Assembly (NCBI GenBank): GCA_963513115.1
Contig: CAUPPN010000001.1
Location: 1 to 34,558, forward strand
Origin: an uncultured Eubacteriales bacterium
Lineage (GTDB): Bacteria > Bacillota > Clostridia > TANB77 > CAG-508
Reading direction: 5' to 3'
Length of the DNA stretch: 34,558 nt
Notes under the pieces: model-generated
What the model was told of the DNA's origin: nothing
Databases searched by the model: none
What the model saw: only the letters and a program-made list of their open reading frames with translations
Made by a program: the position numbers and the translations under genes
Shown: positions 25,001 through 32,769 of the stretch, piece by piece
How the letters are laid out: each line of letters begins with the position of its first letter
How positions within the stretch are numbered: the stretch's first letter is position 1

Positions 25001-26061
25001 GAACACTAGTATATTATTATGATAGAAAGAAAGTAGAAGCTAAAGTAGTTGAAAATATTTTTAGAGGATATAGTGTAGAAAAATTATTTTCAATATATGA
25101 TGTATTATATAATAGAAATAGAAGTGAAAAGGAACTTAAGAAAAGAAGAAACGAATTATTAGAAAAACAAATTGATAAAAAAATTGCAGAAGAAAAGGTA
25201 AATTATCCAAATGAAGAAATACAAATTATCTTTTTTGGGACAGATAAGATAGTAAGAGATAGTATAAAATATGTAAAAAACAAATATAATAATATAAAAA
25301 TAAAGTTAATATTTGATACATATGAAGGTTTAATATTTGATCAATATGAAATGAAAAATTTTTCTAAAATGTTAGAACTTGCTAAAAATAATACTGTTGA
25401 AAAAATATATTTTTTCAAAAAGAGTATTGCAAAAGCATATAAGAAAATGGGATATAATGCGGGATATATAATGCAAAATTTTAATTTAGATAAAGATGCA
25501 TATGAAGATAGACTTAAAGATAGAAAAAATGATTTATCTAAAAAAGAAAAAATAGTAATTGGTGCATATCCTTCATCAAATTATTGGAATAGTAATATAT
25601 ATAATATATACAGCGTTTCAAGTTTTTTTGAAAATGCAATTTTAAAATGTAAGATACAATCAGAAAGGGACATAGATTTTATTAAAACATATAATATAGA
25701 TTCAACACCGGTAAGTTTTTCAAATGAAAATATTGATGCATTAATTTCTAACATTATAGAAAGTGATGTTGTACTTGACTTGGATTTTACCGCGAATAAT
25801 AATATAAATTTCTTGATAGCTGCAACATTTGGAATACCATGCTTAATTGGTAATAATAATGACCTATTTATTGATTTACCATTTATATATAGTGATAAAA
25901 TAGTTACAAATACTGAAGATAATCCATATGAAAATTCTGAAAAGATAAAAAATATAATAGAAAATTTAGACTTAACTGATTTAAAAGAAAAGCTAATAAT
26001 ATGGAAAAAAGAATATGACAAATTGCAAAAGCAAAACTTAGAAAAGGTTATAGGGGAGTAG
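24997..26061 (+). CDS. GT-B glycosyltransferase-like protein, paralogue of 26067-27278, lacking both EX7E glutamates (probably non-catalytic)
   Basis: Aligns by eye with the next ORF: AKAYKKMGYNAGYIMQNFN vs AEFYKNRGYNAYYFSNNVN; KIVIGAYP vs KIKIGLYN; FFENA in both; FGIPCLIGNNNDLF vs SGVPCIIGNNNDYF; EDNPYE vs EDDPFE. The EX7E position reads A...I (nt 25789-25842). Confidence 0.55.
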   Translation: MRTLVYYYDRKKVEAKVVENIFRGYSVEKLFSIYDVLYNRNRSEKELKKRRNELLEKQIDKKIAEEKVNYPNEEIQIIFFGTDKIVRDSIKYVKNKYNNIKIKLIFDTYEGLIFDQYEMKNFSKMLELAKNNTVEKIYFFKKSIAKAYKKMGYNAGYIMQNFNLDKDAYEDRLKDRKNDLSKKEKIVIGAYPSSNYWNSNIYNIYSVSSFFENAILKCKIQSERDIDFIKTYNIDSTPVSFSNENIDALISNIIESDVVLDLDFTANNNINFLIAATFGIPCLIGNNNDLFIDLPFIYSDKIVTNTEDNPYENSEKIKNIIENLDLTDLKEKLIIWKKEYDKLQKQNLEKVIGE

Positions 26062-26066
26062 TACTT

Positions 26067-27278
26067 ATGAAAAAGGCGTTTAGAAAACTCAAAAAATACT
26101 TAAAAGAAAATATGAATAATGATGGATACATATACAAAAAGGTAAATAATGTATATCATAAATTAAGTGCTAAAAAATGGGAATTTCAAGAAAGTAGAAG
26201 AATTAAAAGGGAAAATGGATCATTGTATCTAGCAAAATATAATAGACAAGTAGTAGCAAATGCTTGTAAATTAATTAAAAAAACGAATTATAATTATATT
26301 GCATTATATAATCCAACATGGCTTGGTGTTGCTAACTCAACTAAAGGATTATTTGAAAGTTGTATACCACTTGAAAAGTTAAAAAATAGAAAATTAAGAA
26401 AAAAGGTATTAGATGAAATTGTTAAAAATAATAAGATAGAAACAGTAATATTTTCACAAATGGTAGATGGTTGGGAAGATCTAATAAAAGAGCTTCATAG
26501 AGCGAAAAAAGAACTTAAAATAAAAGTAATATGGCATGCAAATAATTATGAAACAATATCTGATTATACATGGAACCTTAAAAAAGAGTTAATAAGTATG
26601 TATAATGATGGATATGTATGTGCATTAGGATTTGTAAAAAAGACAATGGCAGAATTCTATAAAAACAGGGGATATAATGCATATTATTTTTCAAATAATG
26701 TTAACTCCAATATAAATCAAAATGAAAAAGAAAATAATAAAGAAGAAAAAAGAAAAGAAGAATACAAAGACAAAGATAAAAAAATAAAAATTGGATTATA
26801 TAATGCTCATAGCAGAGAAATAAAAAATATATTTACCCAAATGTTAGCAACTAAATTCTTTGAAAATGCTGTTGTGGATATTGTGCCATCTAGTGAGCAA
26901 ATTGAAGAATATGCAAAAATGAATAATATGAAATATACAAATGTATCATATTTCATACCAACAGATGAATTAATGGAAAGAATAAAACAAAATGACATAA
27001 ATGTATATGCTACATTTACAGAATGTGCACCAATGTTTCCTATGGAAAGCTTTGAGTCAGGCGTTCCATGTATTATTGGTAATAATAATGACTATTTTAA
27101 AGGTAGTAAATTAAGAGATTATGTTTGTGTAAATAGAGAAGATGATCCATTTGAAATATATAATAAGATAAAAGAAGTTATAGAAAATAAAGAAGAAGTT
27201 ATGGAATTATATAAAAAATGGAAAGTTAATTTTAATATAGAAAATGAAAAATTAGTTAATGAATTTATTAATTCTTAA
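26067..27278 (+). CDS. GT-B fold (GT4-like) glycosyltransferase
   Basis: GGGGAG RBS. EX7E motif TECAPMFPMESFESGVPCI (nt 27018-27071). N-terminal Rossmann-like half (ETVIFSQM..., IKVIWHANN). K/E/N-rich linker between the halves. Confidence 0.65.
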   Translation: MKKAFRKLKKYLKENMNNDGYIYKKVNNVYHKLSAKKWEFQESRRIKRENGSLYLAKYNRQVVANACKLIKKTNYNYIALYNPTWLGVANSTKGLFESCIPLEKLKNRKLRKKVLDEIVKNNKIETVIFSQMVDGWEDLIKELHRAKKELKIKVIWHANNYETISDYTWNLKKELISMYNDGYVCALGFVKKTMAEFYKNRGYNAYYFSNNVNSNINQNEKENNKEEKRKEEYKDKDKKIKIGLYNAHSREIKNIFTQMLATKFFENAVVDIVPSSEQIEEYAKMNNMKYTNVSYFIPTDELMERIKQNDINVYATFTECAPMFPMESFESGVPCIIGNNNDYFKGSKLRDYVCVNREDDPFEIYNKIKEVIENKEEVMELYKKWKVNFNIENEKLVNEFINS

Positions 27279-27350
27279 ATTATAATAAAAAAGAAGAAAA
27301 TAAAAAATAAAAGAGTGAATAAATATTTAATATATGAAATAGAGGTACAT

Positions 27351-28325
27351 ATGGGTAAAATGGAAAATGCAGTGTTATTTTCATTATCTGCAAGTAAACA
27401 ATTAAGTGAAAAAATTGCAAAAAAGTTAGGAAAAAAATTAGGAGATATAACTATAAAACATTTTGCAGATGGAGAAATAATCGTAGAATTAGAAGAATCA
27501 GTAAGACATAAAGATGTATATTTAATACAATCAACATCAAATCCTGTTTCTAATAATTTAGTTGAATTACTAATTGCAATAGATGCATGCAAAAGAGCAT
27601 CAGCAGAAACAATAAATGTAATTATTCCATATTTTGGATATGCAAGACAAGATAGAAAAGCAAGACCTAGACAACCTATTACTGCAGGGCTTGTAGCAAA
27701 CTTAATTGAAGCGGCAGGTGCCACATCTGTTACAACAGTTCAAATTCACTCAAGACAAACAATTGGATTTTTTGATATTCCTGCAGATGACTTAGAAGTA
27801 ATTGGAATATTATCAACATATTTTAAAAGAAAAAAATTAAAAGATTTAGTAGTAGTTTCACCAGATCATGGTGGAGTTAAAAGAGCAAGAGATATGGCAG
27901 AAATATTAGGATGCCCGATAGCTATAATTGATAAAAGAAGATTAAAAGCAAATGAAGCAGAAGCAATGAATTTAATAGGTAATGTAGAAGAAAAAAATGT
28001 AATAATAATAGATGATATGGTAGATACAGCAGGAACTATTGTATCTGGAGTAAAAATGTTAAAAGAAAACGGAGCAAAAGATATCTATGTTGCAATAGGA
28101 CATCCTGTTTTATCAGGACCTGCAATTGAAAGAATAAAAAAATCAGATATTAAAAAGTTTATATGTACAGATACAATTGAGCTACCAGAAGAAAAGAAAA
28201 TAGATAAAATAGAAGTTGTAACAGTTTCTAAAATGCTTGCAGATATAATTGAAGGCCAAATAATGGGTAATAGTGTAAGCGAAATATTATTAAAATATAG
28301 GAAAAGAGACTTTATTGAAAAATAA
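27351..28325 (+). CDS. prs: Ribose-phosphate pyrophosphokinase (PRPP synthetase)
   Basis: AGAGG RBS 5 nt before the ATG at 27351 (the tracked ORF extends to a GTG at 27315 that has no RBS). Motifs FADGEI, YFGYARQDRKARPRQPITA, GFFDIP and the PRPP loop VIIIDDMVDTAGT. Confidence 0.93.
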   Translation: MGKMENAVLFSLSASKQLSEKIAKKLGKKLGDITIKHFADGEIIVELEESVRHKDVYLIQSTSNPVSNNLVELLIAIDACKRASAETINVIIPYFGYARQDRKARPRQPITAGLVANLIEAAGATSVTTVQIHSRQTIGFFDIPADDLEVIGILSTYFKRKKLKDLVVVSPDHGGVKRARDMAEILGCPIAIIDKRRLKANEAEAMNLIGNVEEKNVIIIDDMVDTAGTIVSGVKMLKENGAKDIYVAIGHPVLSGPAIERIKKSDIKKFICTDTIELPEEKKIDKIEVVTVSKMLADIIEGQIMGNSVSEILLKYRKRDFIEK

Positions 28326-28355
28326 TAAAATAAAATACATAAGTTTAATAAAAAG

Positions 28356-28381
28356 GAAGTGCAAATTAGCACTTCTTTTTT
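28356..28381 (+). terminator. Rho-independent terminator after prs
   Basis: GAAGTGC / GCACTTC stem with a 6-nt loop and a 6-T run. Confidence 0.8.
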
Positions 28382-28426
28382 ATTAAAAAAATACTTTACA
28401 TAACTATAGCAAAATAATAAAAAATA

Positions 28427-28435
28427 TGGTATAAT
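28427..28435 (+). promoter_or_regulatory. Extended -10 promoter element (TGgTATAAT) with no good -35
   Basis: TGGTATAAT at 28427-28435. The nearest TTTACA lies 29 nt upstream, which is too far. Confidence 0.35.
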
Positions 28436-28456
28436 ATATAATATATAGCGTATGCT

Positions 28457-28511
28457 ATGTAGTTAATATCTTTTTAAATGATTATTTAAAAAGTATGGAA
28501 ATGTAGTTAAT
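28457..28511. repeat. Direct repeats flanking a perfect 10-bp inverted repeat (DR-IR-DR)
   Basis: ATGTAGTTAAT occurs at 28457-28467 and 28501-28511, each preceded by GTATG. Between them lies CTTTTTAAAT-gatt-ATTTAAAAAG at 28470-28493. Confidence 0.7.
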
Positions 28512-28597
28512 TGGTATTTAAAGGAGAAGAAAATGATTAAAAAACTCAAATATTTAAAACTTAAGCAATAGGTTTTGTTTTAAAAATTATATAAATG

Positions 28598-28606
28598 TGT
28601 TATAAT
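28598..28606 (+). promoter_or_regulatory. Extended -10 promoter element (TGtTATAAT) upstream of the 28709 cassette
   Basis: TGTTATAAT at 28598-28606, about 100 nt before the AAGGAG RBS of ORF 28709. Confidence 0.4.
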
Positions 28607-28708
28607 TTTTCATACAAACTTATTAAATCCTGTAATTATTTTTAAAGGATGAAAGAACATTAAAGGTATTTAGGACAAATTATAGAAGCTACAAAGGAGA
28701 AGAGTATA

Positions 28709-29167
28709 ATGACTAGGAAGAAAAATAACTGCTTAAATGTAAAAATGCCAAAAGAAGTTTTTACAAACAATCAGCTTAGATGGATTAAAAGACAAAATTT
28801 TACAAAACAAGAAATATTAATGATTTTCAGCAAATATGCGAAAGATTTTCTTGATTACAATGCAATATTTCCAAATCTTTCAGTACCATTTAAAGAAGAA
28901 ACAAAATGGTTAAATGTTTTAAAAGAAATTATTAAAAATTATGAAGAAAATGAAGCAAAAGGTATAATAGTTCAAACAATAGAGGATGAATGTAGAATAG
29001 AAATTAAAAACTTCATGCAAAGAGAAGGAATAACAGGGTTAAATAGCTTAAGAAACACTCTTGCTGATGCTTGTAGATTAATATATATAGCAGAGGTATA
29101 TGGATATGCTAGAAGACCAGAAGTAAGATTGGATGTTATAATTGATTGTATAGCTAAAGATTATTAA
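28709..29167 (+). CDS. 152-aa hypothetical soluble protein
   Basis: AAGGAG RBS, and codon bias like its neighbours. No family recognised. Confidence 0.6.
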   Translation: MTRKKNNCLNVKMPKEVFTNNQLRWIKRQNFTKQEILMIFSKYAKDFLDYNAIFPNLSVPFKEETKWLNVLKEIIKNYEENEAKGIIVQTIEDECRIEIKNFMQREGITGLNSLRNTLADACRLIYIAEVYGYARRPEVRLDVIIDCIAKDY

Positions 29168-29177
29168 GGAGCATATT

Positions 29178-29507
29178 ATGACTGTTTCAATATTGCTGGA
29201 TTTACTTATAATAATGCTAGCTACAATTATATATATTATAGTGAGTATTCTTGCAATACTATTCCGTACATCTTATATACTGGATCTTGAAATGGAATAT
29301 AAGAGGGTGGGAGTACTATTTTTATTTAATTATATGCTACCATTTACTTATACAGGTTGTATGTTGATTGCAAAGGCACTAACAAGACCAAAAATACTTT
29401 TAAGGTCGGCAGAAATATCAGTAATCATTTGGGTAATCACAATTGCGATTGCATATTTTATGCAAGCTGATGAAATTAAAAGAAAGAAAAAAAGAAAAAT
29501 TAGCTAA
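29178..29507 (+). CDS. 109-aa membrane protein (3 predicted TM segments, K-rich C-terminus), function unknown
   Basis: AAGGAG RBS, 10 nt after the upstream stop. Hydrophobic segments LLDLLIIMLATIIYIIVSILAILF, VGVLFLFNYMLPFTYTGCMLIA and ISVIIWVITIAIAYF. Confidence 0.6.
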   Translation: MTVSILLDLLIIMLATIIYIIVSILAILFRTSYILDLEMEYKRVGVLFLFNYMLPFTYTGCMLIAKALTRPKILLRSAEISVIIWVITIAIAYFMQADEIKRKKKRKIS

Positions 29508-29546
29508 AGAAAATAAGAAATAATATTTAAAAATACCAATAATGTT

Positions 29547-29573
29547 GAGGTGCCAAATGGCACCTCTTTTGTT
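29547..29573 (+). terminator. Strong rho-independent terminator
   Basis: GAGGTGCC / GGCACCTC 8-bp GC-rich stem with an AAAT loop, followed by TTTTGTT. Confidence 0.85.
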
Positions 29574-29899
29574 ATGCAAAAATTTAAATAGATATGTTTT
29601 AATTAATATATTTTAGAATATATGTAATAGCAAAAGTGATAATATTAATAGGAAAAGGAATAAGAACAAGAAGAACGATAATAAAATAAAAAAATAGATT
29701 AAAGATAGCAAAAAATATGATTAAAGACACTAAAAAGATAATAATATATATATTAATAGTTACTTGAAAAAACATTTTAGAAAATATACTATTAGATAGT
29801 AGAATGTAACAATAATGTATAATAATATAAAATATAATTTATATTGTGTTAATATATAATTAAGTACAATGTATTAACGTAAAACATACGAGGAGCAAT

Positions 29900-30586
29900 A
29901 TGATTGAATTTAAAAATGTAGTAAAAGAATATGACTCTGGAGTAACAGGAATAAAAAATGCGAATTTCAATATAAAAGATGGTGATTTTGTATTTTTAGT
30001 TGGTTCTTCAGGTTCAGGAAAATCTACATTAATAAAAATGATGCTAAAAGAAATTGATCCAACAAAAGGTGATATTATAATTGATGGCAAAAACATAACA
30101 AAATTAAAAAGAAGAGATATTCCATATTTAAGAAGAAGTATGGGAGTTGTATTCCAAGACTTTAGATTAATTAATGAAAAAACAGTATATGAAAATATAG
30201 CTTTTGCTATGTACATGATTGGAGCTACACAATCTAAAATTAAAAGACAAGTACCAATGGTATTATCATTAGTTGGTTTATCTGAAAAAGCAAATCAAAA
30301 GCCAAATGAACTATCTGGTGGAGAACAGCAAAGAGTTGCAATAGCAAGAGCACTTGTTAATAATCCTAAAGTAATAATTGCAGATGAGCCTACAGGAAAC
30401 CTAGACCCACATACTGCATGGGATATTATGGCTCTTTTAAAAGAAATAAATAAAAGAGGAACAACTGTAGTTATGGCAACACACGCATATGACATAGTAG
30501 ATGTTATGAATGAAAGAGTAGTTGAAGTGTCAGATGGTGTAATAATACGAGATGATGAAAGAGGTACATATAGCTGTGAGATTTAA
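29900..30586 (+). CDS. ftsE: Cell-division ABC ATPase FtsE
   Basis: GAGGAG RBS. FtsE-typical N-terminus MIEFKNVVKEYDSGV...FVFLVGSSGSGKSTL, signature LSGGEQQR and Walker B IIADEPTGNLD. Confidence 0.92.
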   Translation: MIEFKNVVKEYDSGVTGIKNANFNIKDGDFVFLVGSSGSGKSTLIKMMLKEIDPTKGDIIIDGKNITKLKRRDIPYLRRSMGVVFQDFRLINEKTVYENIAFAMYMIGATQSKIKRQVPMVLSLVGLSEKANQKPNELSGGEQQRVAIARALVNNPKVIIADEPTGNLDPHTAWDIMALLKEINKRGTTVVMATHAYDIVDVMNERVVEVSDGVIIRDDERGTYSCEI

Positions 30587-31493
30587 TTATTATTTAAAAG
30601 AAGGTTTTTCAAATCTTTTTAAAAACAAGAAGTCAACTCTTGCTTCAATGATAACAATGATGTCAACACTTATAATTTTAGGAATATTCTTACTATTTAG
30701 TATGAACATAGGTGATGCAATAAAGGCATTAAAACAAAATCAAGGAATGCATGTTTTTATATTAGTTGAAACAAAAGAAGATAGAATTAAAGAAATAGGC
30801 GATGAAATTAAAAAAATTGACTATGTAAATAGTGTAACTTTTAAATCTAGAGAAGAGGGACTTAAAGATTTAAAAAAACAATTTAAAGATAGCCCAGCAC
30901 TTACAGAGGGAATAGATAATCCTGAGTTTTTGCCAGATTCATATATAGTAAAATTAACTGATATAACTAAGGCCTCTGAAGTAAAAGGTAAAATAGAAAA
31001 AATAAAAGATGTAGAAGAAGTAAAAGATCAACAAACAATTGTAAATACATTAATAGGTATATCTAAGATGGGTAGTACGATAGGAGTTGTTTTAACTGCA
31101 GTATTAGTAATTGTATCAGTACTAATAATATCAAATACAATAAGACTTACTGTTGCTGCAAGAAGAAGAGAAATATCTATTATGAAATATGTAGGAGCAA
31201 CAGATGGATTCATAAAAACACCTTTTGTAATAGAAGGAGCTTTTATAGGGTTCATAGCAAGTTTTATTGCAATTATAATATTAGGATTAATGTATGAAGC
31301 ATTGATTGCAAATGTAGCAAGTACAATAACTGGAGTGTCTATGGCAACAGGTGGAGAAGGTGATACAATTTCAATATCATTATTACCATATAAAAATATA
31401 GTAGGACAAATTCTATTAATATTTATGATAATATCAATTGGTCTTGGAGTTATAGCAAGTAGCATATCCATGAAAAAATATTTGGAGGTTTAA
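30576..31493 (+). CDS. ftsX: Cell-division permease-like protein FtsX
   Basis: A GTG at 30576 gives the canonical N-terminus (M)RFNYYLKEGFSNLFKNKKSTLASM and overlaps the ftsE stop; the tracked ORF reaches an ATG at 30552. TM1, about 100-aa extracellular domain, then 3 TM with the FtsX signature RRREISIMKYVGAT. Confidence 0.88.
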   Translation: MRFNYYLKEGFSNLFKNKKSTLASMITMMSTLIILGIFLLFSMNIGDAIKALKQNQGMHVFILVETKEDRIKEIGDEIKKIDYVNSVTFKSREEGLKDLKKQFKDSPALTEGIDNPEFLPDSYIVKLTDITKASEVKGKIEKIKDVEEVKDQQTIVNTLIGISKMGSTIGVVLTAVLVIVSVLIISNTIRLTVAARRREISIMKYVGATDGFIKTPFVIEGAFIGFIASFIAIIILGLMYEALIANVASTITGVSMATGGEGDTISISLLPYKNIVGQILLIFMIISIGLGVIASSISMKKYLEV

Positions 31494-31499
31494 TCTAAA

Positions 31500-32696
31500 A
31501 TGGAAAATTCCAAAGAGAAAATAGTATCAATACTATTAATAATATCGATTATATTAACTATAATAATGCCAATTTCATATGCAGAAAGCTTAAATGAAAA
31601 AAAGCAGAAAGTTAATAATGAGATAAAAAATAATGAAAACAAGGTCAACCAAATTAAAACAGAAGTAAATAATATTTCTAGTGATCTTAAAAATATAATA
31701 AATCAGATATCAACAAAAGAAGAAGAAATTAATAATTTACAAATAGAAGCTGGAGATCTTTCTAATGAAGTTAAAAAAATGGAAACAGAAGTAGAAAGTC
31801 TAAAAAAGAAACAAGAAGAAAAACAAAAATTACTTAAAAAAAGAATGAAAGCAATATATATGAATGGATCAGTTTCATATTTAGAATTACTTGCAAATTC
31901 AGAAGACCTTACAACATTAATATCTAACTATAATATGATATCACAAATAAATGAAGTAGATAATAAATTAATTAATCAAACAGAAAATGAAAGACAGAAA
32001 ATTGATGCAACATCTTCTGAGATACAAGTTAAAAAGAAAATAGTAGAAGAAAAGAAAAATGCAATAGAAAAAGCAAAACAAGAAAATGAAAATTTAAAAA
32101 GACAAAAAGAAGAAAAAGTACAAACTTTAGGTGAAGAAGAAAAGAAAACAGTAGCAAAATTAGATGATTTAAAAAGAGAACAAGCTGCCATTTCAAATGA
32201 AATAATGGAATATGAAAGAAGAAAGCAAGCTGCAATAAGAGCAGCAAGAGCTGGAAAAAGTAGTGGTGGTAAAAGTGAATATATTGAACATTATGTAGGT
32301 GGTAGATTTGGCTGGCCAGTACCAGGAAATTATGGAATAACTACTCCATATGGAAAGGGTGGTAAATATTGGTCAAGTGGTTATCATACAGGCGTTGATT
32401 TTGCATCACCAAAAGGTACTCCAATATATGCTGCAAATGATGGAATAGTAGTTTCAGCAGTATATAAAGGTGCATATGGAATGCATGTAATAATAGACCA
32501 TGGTGGAGGATTATATACATTATATGCACACGGTAGTGCACTTTTAGTTTCAGCAGGTCAAAGAGTAAAAAGAGGAGAACAAATAGCGAAAGTAGGACAA
32601 ACAGGTAATGCATATGGAAACCATTTACATTTTGAAGTAAGAAAGGGTGGATCAGGATACTTTAATCATGTTAATCCAATGCCATATTTAAGATAA
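31500..32696 (+). CDS. Secreted coiled-coil + M23 (LytM) peptidase, EnvC/PcsB-like candidate FtsEX partner
   Basis: Signal-like N-terminus ending SYA/ES. About 230 aa of K/E/Q-rich heptad-like sequence. The M23 domain has intact HTGVD (HxxxD) and HLHFE (HxH). Confidence 0.88.
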   Translation: MENSKEKIVSILLIISIILTIIMPISYAESLNEKKQKVNNEIKNNENKVNQIKTEVNNISSDLKNIINQISTKEEEINNLQIEAGDLSNEVKKMETEVESLKKKQEEKQKLLKKRMKAIYMNGSVSYLELLANSEDLTTLISNYNMISQINEVDNKLINQTENERQKIDATSSEIQVKKKIVEEKKNAIEKAKQENENLKRQKEEKVQTLGEEEKKTVAKLDDLKREQAAISNEIMEYERRKQAAIRAARAGKSSGGKSEYIEHYVGGRFGWPVPGNYGITTPYGKGGKYWSSGYHTGVDFASPKGTPIYAANDGIVVSAVYKGAYGMHVIIDHGGGLYTLYAHGSALLVSAGQRVKRGEQIAKVGQTGNAYGNHLHFEVRKGGSGYFNHVNPMPYLR

Positions 32697-32769
32697 TACT
32701 AGAAAATAGTATAAAAATGTATTATAATGATTGTAATATAATTTAAAATCTAATAAGAAAAGTAAGGTT

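Noticed and set aside
25777-25788. A DLDF tetrapeptide in the first GT-like protein, reminiscent of the S.DlDF motif of AbiEii nucleotidyltransferases
   Set aside because: There is no upstream GGT(A/S)L-type glycine motif. The segment aligns with the beta-strand preceding EX7E in the GT paralogue (NVYATF), so it is most likely coincidental.
27315-27350. GTG at 27315 as the prs start (as in the ORF track)
   Set aside because: It has no RBS and would add 12 residues not typical of Prs. The in-frame ATG at 27351 has an AGAGG 5 nt upstream.
27275-27724. A 149-aa minus-strand ORF overlapping the prs start. Similar antisense ORFs lie at 31028-31471, 25581-26021, 9504-9941, 1698-2132 and 29860-30216.
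   Set aside because: All lie opposite genes with unambiguous catalytic motifs, have hydrophobic low-complexity translations and lack RBSs. They are typical shadow ORFs.
27351-28325. prs as a PRTase-type effector belonging to the AbiEi-GT-GT module (no terminator lies between them)
   Set aside because: It is a full-length canonical class I PRPP synthetase with all hallmark motifs and its own good RBS, so it is most simply housekeeping. Co-transcription remains possible, but I do not claim functional linkage.
29717-29767. A 16-codon ORF (MIKDTKKIIIYILIVT*) in the ftsE upstream region, with an N-terminus like the 28533 mini-ORF (MIK...)
   Set aside because: It has no RBS. The similarity is limited to three residues encoded by common AT-rich codons.
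30552-30575. ATG at 30552 as the ftsX start (as in the ORF track)
   Set aside because: It would add 8 residues and a 35-nt overlap with ftsE. The GTG at 30576 yields the canonical FtsX N-terminus (RFNYYLKEGF...). The choice stays uncertain without experimental data.
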